Below are positions 58,459 through 64,000 of a stretch of 64,000 bases of DNA, piece after piece. The notes beneath the pieces were generated by a model, which was not told where the DNA came from, ran no database searches, and was given only the letters and a program-made list of their open reading frames with translations. Numbering within the stretch: the stretch's first letter is position 1; each line of letters begins with the position of its first letter. Source of the DNA: the human T2T-CHM13v2.0 reference genome, Homo sapiens; assembly GCF_009914755.1 (NCBI RefSeq), contig NC_060926.1, one strand, 5' to 3'. Position numbers and translations under genes: made by a program.

Positions 58459-59404
58459 AAATATTCCATGCTCATGGATAGGAAGAATCAATATTGTTAA
58501 AATGGCCATACTGCCCAAAGCAATCTACACATTCAACACTATTCCTATCAAACTACCAATGTCACTTTTCACAGAATTAGAAAAAAACTACCACAAAATT
58601 CATATGGAACCAAAAAAGAACCTAAATAGCCAAGATAATCCTAAGCAAAAAGAACAACGACAGAGGTATGACATTACCTGACTTCAAACTATGCTATCAG
58701 ACTACAAGAACCAAAAGAGCATGGTACTTGTACGAAAACAGACACATAGACCAATGGAACAGATTAGAGAGCCCAGAAATAAAGCTGCACACCTATAACC
58801 ATCTGATCTTTGACAAAGTTGACAAAAATAAGCAATGGGAAAAGGACTCCCTATGTAACAAATGATGTTGGGATAACTAGCTAGCCATATGCAGAAGAAT
58901 GAAACTGAACCCCAACTTTTCACCATACATAAAAATTAACTTAAAATGGATTGATGATGTAAATGTAAGACCTCAAACTATAAAAACTTTAGAAGAAAAC
59001 CCAGGAAATGCCATTCTGGACATTGGCCTTGGCGAAGAATTTATGATTAAGTCCTCAACAACAATTGCAACAGAAACAAAAATTGATAAGAGGAACCTAA
59101 TTAGATGAAAGAGGTTTTGTGCAGCCAAAGGAGCCATCAACAGCATAAACAGACAACCCACAGAATTGGAGAAAATATTTGCCAACTATGCATCCAACAA
59201 AGGTCTAATATCCAGAATTTATAAGGAACTTAAAGCAAAAAACAACCCCATTAAATAGTGGGCAAAGGACATGAACAGACACTTCTCAAAAGAAGACAGA
59301 CAAGTGGACAACAAACATAAAAAAGTTCATCACTAATCATTAGAGAAATGCAAATCAAAACCACAATGAGATACCATCTCACACCATCAAAATGGCTATT
59401 ATTA

Positions 59405-59782
<378 letters not shown>

Positions 59783-60391
59783 TTATACACTGTTGGTGGG
59801 AATGTAAATTAGTTCAGGCACCGTGGAAAGCAGTTTGGAGATTTCTCAAAGAACTAAAAACAGAACTACCATTCAACCCTGCAATCCCATTACTGGGCAT
59901 ATATCCAAAGGAAAATAAATCATTCCACAAAAAAGACACATATATGTTAATCACAGCACTATTCACAGTAGCAAAGACATGGAATCAATCTATGTGCCCA
60001 TCAACAGTGGGTGGATAAAGAAAATGTGGTACCTGTATACCATGGAATACTACATAGCCAGAAAAAAAGAATGAAATCATGTCCTTTGCAGCAACATAGA
60101 TGAATCTGGACACCATCATCCTGAGTGAATTAATGCAGGAATAGACAATCAAATTCTGCATGTTCCCACTTGTAAGTGGGAGCCAAATATTGGGTACATA
60201 TGGACATAAAGATGGGAAAAATAGACACTGGAGACTTTTAGAGGGGAGAGATGGGGAGGGGACAAGGGCTAAAGAACTATCGGGTACTACACTCACTACA
60301 TGGGTGACAGGAGAATTTGTGCCCCAGACCTCAGTGTCACACAGTATATCCATGTAACAAACCTTCACATGTAACCCTTAATCTACAATAA

Positions 60392-60749
<358 letters not shown>

Positions 60750-61097
60750 TAAAGCAAATTTGAAAACTTATGTTACCTGAAAATTTAAAAATTTAAAATA
60801 ATAACTCGATATATTTTACATATTTTAATTTCTTGGTCTATCTGTCATGGTATTTTTCTGCAGAGTGTATTTTTTAGTAGTTTTACTATTTCTAACTTTT
60901 TTTCATAAAATTATCTGTATTTGGGGCTTAAAAACTTTGAAATGAATACTTGCAATTGATTCTTCCTTATATATAAAACCACAATATATTTAATTGAAAA
61001 AATTTCTCTGTAGAAGTGATGGTGCCTTGTAAGTTGAAAACTATTCTGCTAAGTAAAGACCATTCTCAATTCTAATTTTTAAAAATATTAAATGTGT

Positions 61098-61447
<350 letters not shown>

Positions 61448-61774
61448 TTAAATATTCTCTTAGGTACTTTTGACCTCTATTCAGAGAGCCTTTCATTGAT
61501 ACAACTTGTCAAATAGGTTGTCTCTATTTACGATTCTTTTGAATGGTTCACCAAATTTAGGTAGTTCAAAATTGTAAACCTTCTCAATTACATTCTATTC
61601 TGGGACAGAATCTAAATCCAAATAAAAATAGAGGCTCCATCAAAATATTCTTCTCACAAGTTGAGATAGTCCAGTGCACAATTATAGCATTTCCAAATTT
61701 GTACTTTATTAGAGCTGTCATTAACCCCCCTCCCCTGCTAGCTTTGAGGGACACATTCCAGTGTCTTCCTTTGC

Positions 61775-62253
<479 letters not shown>

Positions 62254-62351
62254 CCTATTTGTCAATTTGGTTTTCAGTAATTGTAATTCTCTAAAACTTT
62301 CAAGCTCAAAAGCTGAAGGTTTAAAAAGAACCCATTTGCTCAATACATTAA

Positions 62352-62840
<489 letters not shown>

Positions 62841-63384
62841 TTAAAAACTTCCAAATTATTTTGAACAAAATGCAACCAAAATTCGGAGCATTGTAGAACA
62901 TTTAGGATGATTTTTATAAAGTAGTTTATCATAAAGGCTTTGCTGTTTCTAAGTCAATGGGTAGGCAGCAGGGAGAATTTTGTGATCCGTGTGTGTGTGT
63001 ATAAAAATTTGACAATTCAGCTTTCATTTCCATTGGCAGGCCACTACAGCTTGTTTGTACAATGTGCTAATTATACACATTCCACTGCAGTCCAAGTACA
63101 TTTCTGCTCCACAGGCTCTTGATTTAGTAAGAATACTGTTTCCCCCAGGATTCTGGCCACTAAAACTTATTACCTCAACAGCAAACTTTCTCTTCAGTGA
63201 TGAAACTTTGAAACTGGATTTATGATAGCGGTCAAAATGATGACAGATTTTTTTACCCAAAGGTAAAAACAGAATGAACTTTCCAACATTTTAATTTTAT
63301 TTAATACGTTCATTTTTTAAAAGAACTATTATTACAATGGACTGATTTCTCATTGGAAGCAGCTGATGACCCTGATATAAACTG

Positions 63385-64000
63385 GTGTCAAACCTGTTAG
63401 CATGGCTATAATTAAAAAGTTGAGATAATGTGTGTTGGTGAGGGTGTGGAGGAAAGGGAACCCTTGTACACTGTTGGTGGGAATATAAATTAGTACAGTC
63501 ATTACTGAAAACAGCATGGAGGTTCTGCAAAAAATTAAAAATAGGACTATCATATGGCCCAGCAATCCCTCTGCCAGGTATTTATCCAAAGAGATGAAGT
63601 CAGGCCGGGTGCAATGGCTCACGCCTTTAATCCCAGCACTTTGGGAGGCCGAGGCGGGCAGATCACTGGAGGTCAGAAGTTCAAGACCAGCCTGGCCAAT
63701 ATGGTGAAACCCCCGTCTACTAAAAATACAAAAATTAGCCAGGTGTGGTGGTGTACGCCTGTAATTCCAGCTACTTAGGAGGCTGAGGCAGGAGAATCGC
63801 TTGAACCAAGGAGACGGAGGTTGCAGTGAGCTGAGATTGTGTCACTGGACTCCAGCCTGGGTGACAGAGTAAAATTCCGTCTCAAAAAAAAAAAAAAAAA
63901 AGAAAAAAAGAAAACAAACCAACAAAACACACAAATAACCAAAGAAATGAAGTCAACACCTCATCGAGATATCTGCGCTCCCTTGTTCATTGCAGCATTA
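63385..64000 (+). mobile_element. L1M ORF2 3' fragment with a nested AluS (63603-~63935)
   Basis: GGGAACCCTTGTACACTGTTGGTGGGAAT...; Alu TSD CCAAAGA(G/A)ATGAAGTCA. Confidence 0.85.

Overview
This is human genomic DNA: it carries an SVA with F-subfamily sequence plus Alu, L1, MaLR and MIR elements. Bases 1-9,800 hold the last three coding exons and the poly(A) signal of a + strand gene whose C-terminus (...[56 protein letters not shown]) I recognise as TTC27 (2p22.3). The remaining ~54 kb is non-coding and repeat-rich; from memory it is the LINC00486 interval upstream of LTBP1, which I cannot verify here. Notable contents: an intact piggyBac MITE (MER85) ~450 bp upstream of a TATA/AP-1/splice-donor module; a second piggyBac MITE (MER75); a two-LTR THE1C element with perfect TSDs inside a MaLR/ERVL LTR cluster carrying four DUX4 motifs; a Charlie1a>Alu>LTR12 nest; and a full-length SVA_F with ~41 pure CCCTCT hexamers inserted in an old L1. 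Nearly all ORFs in the supplied track are repeat-derived or chance. The sequence does not support a new protein-coding system, and the best leads are regulatory or mutational. Repeat subfamily names come from recalled consensus sequences, and their boundaries are approximate unless a TSD or TIR is given.
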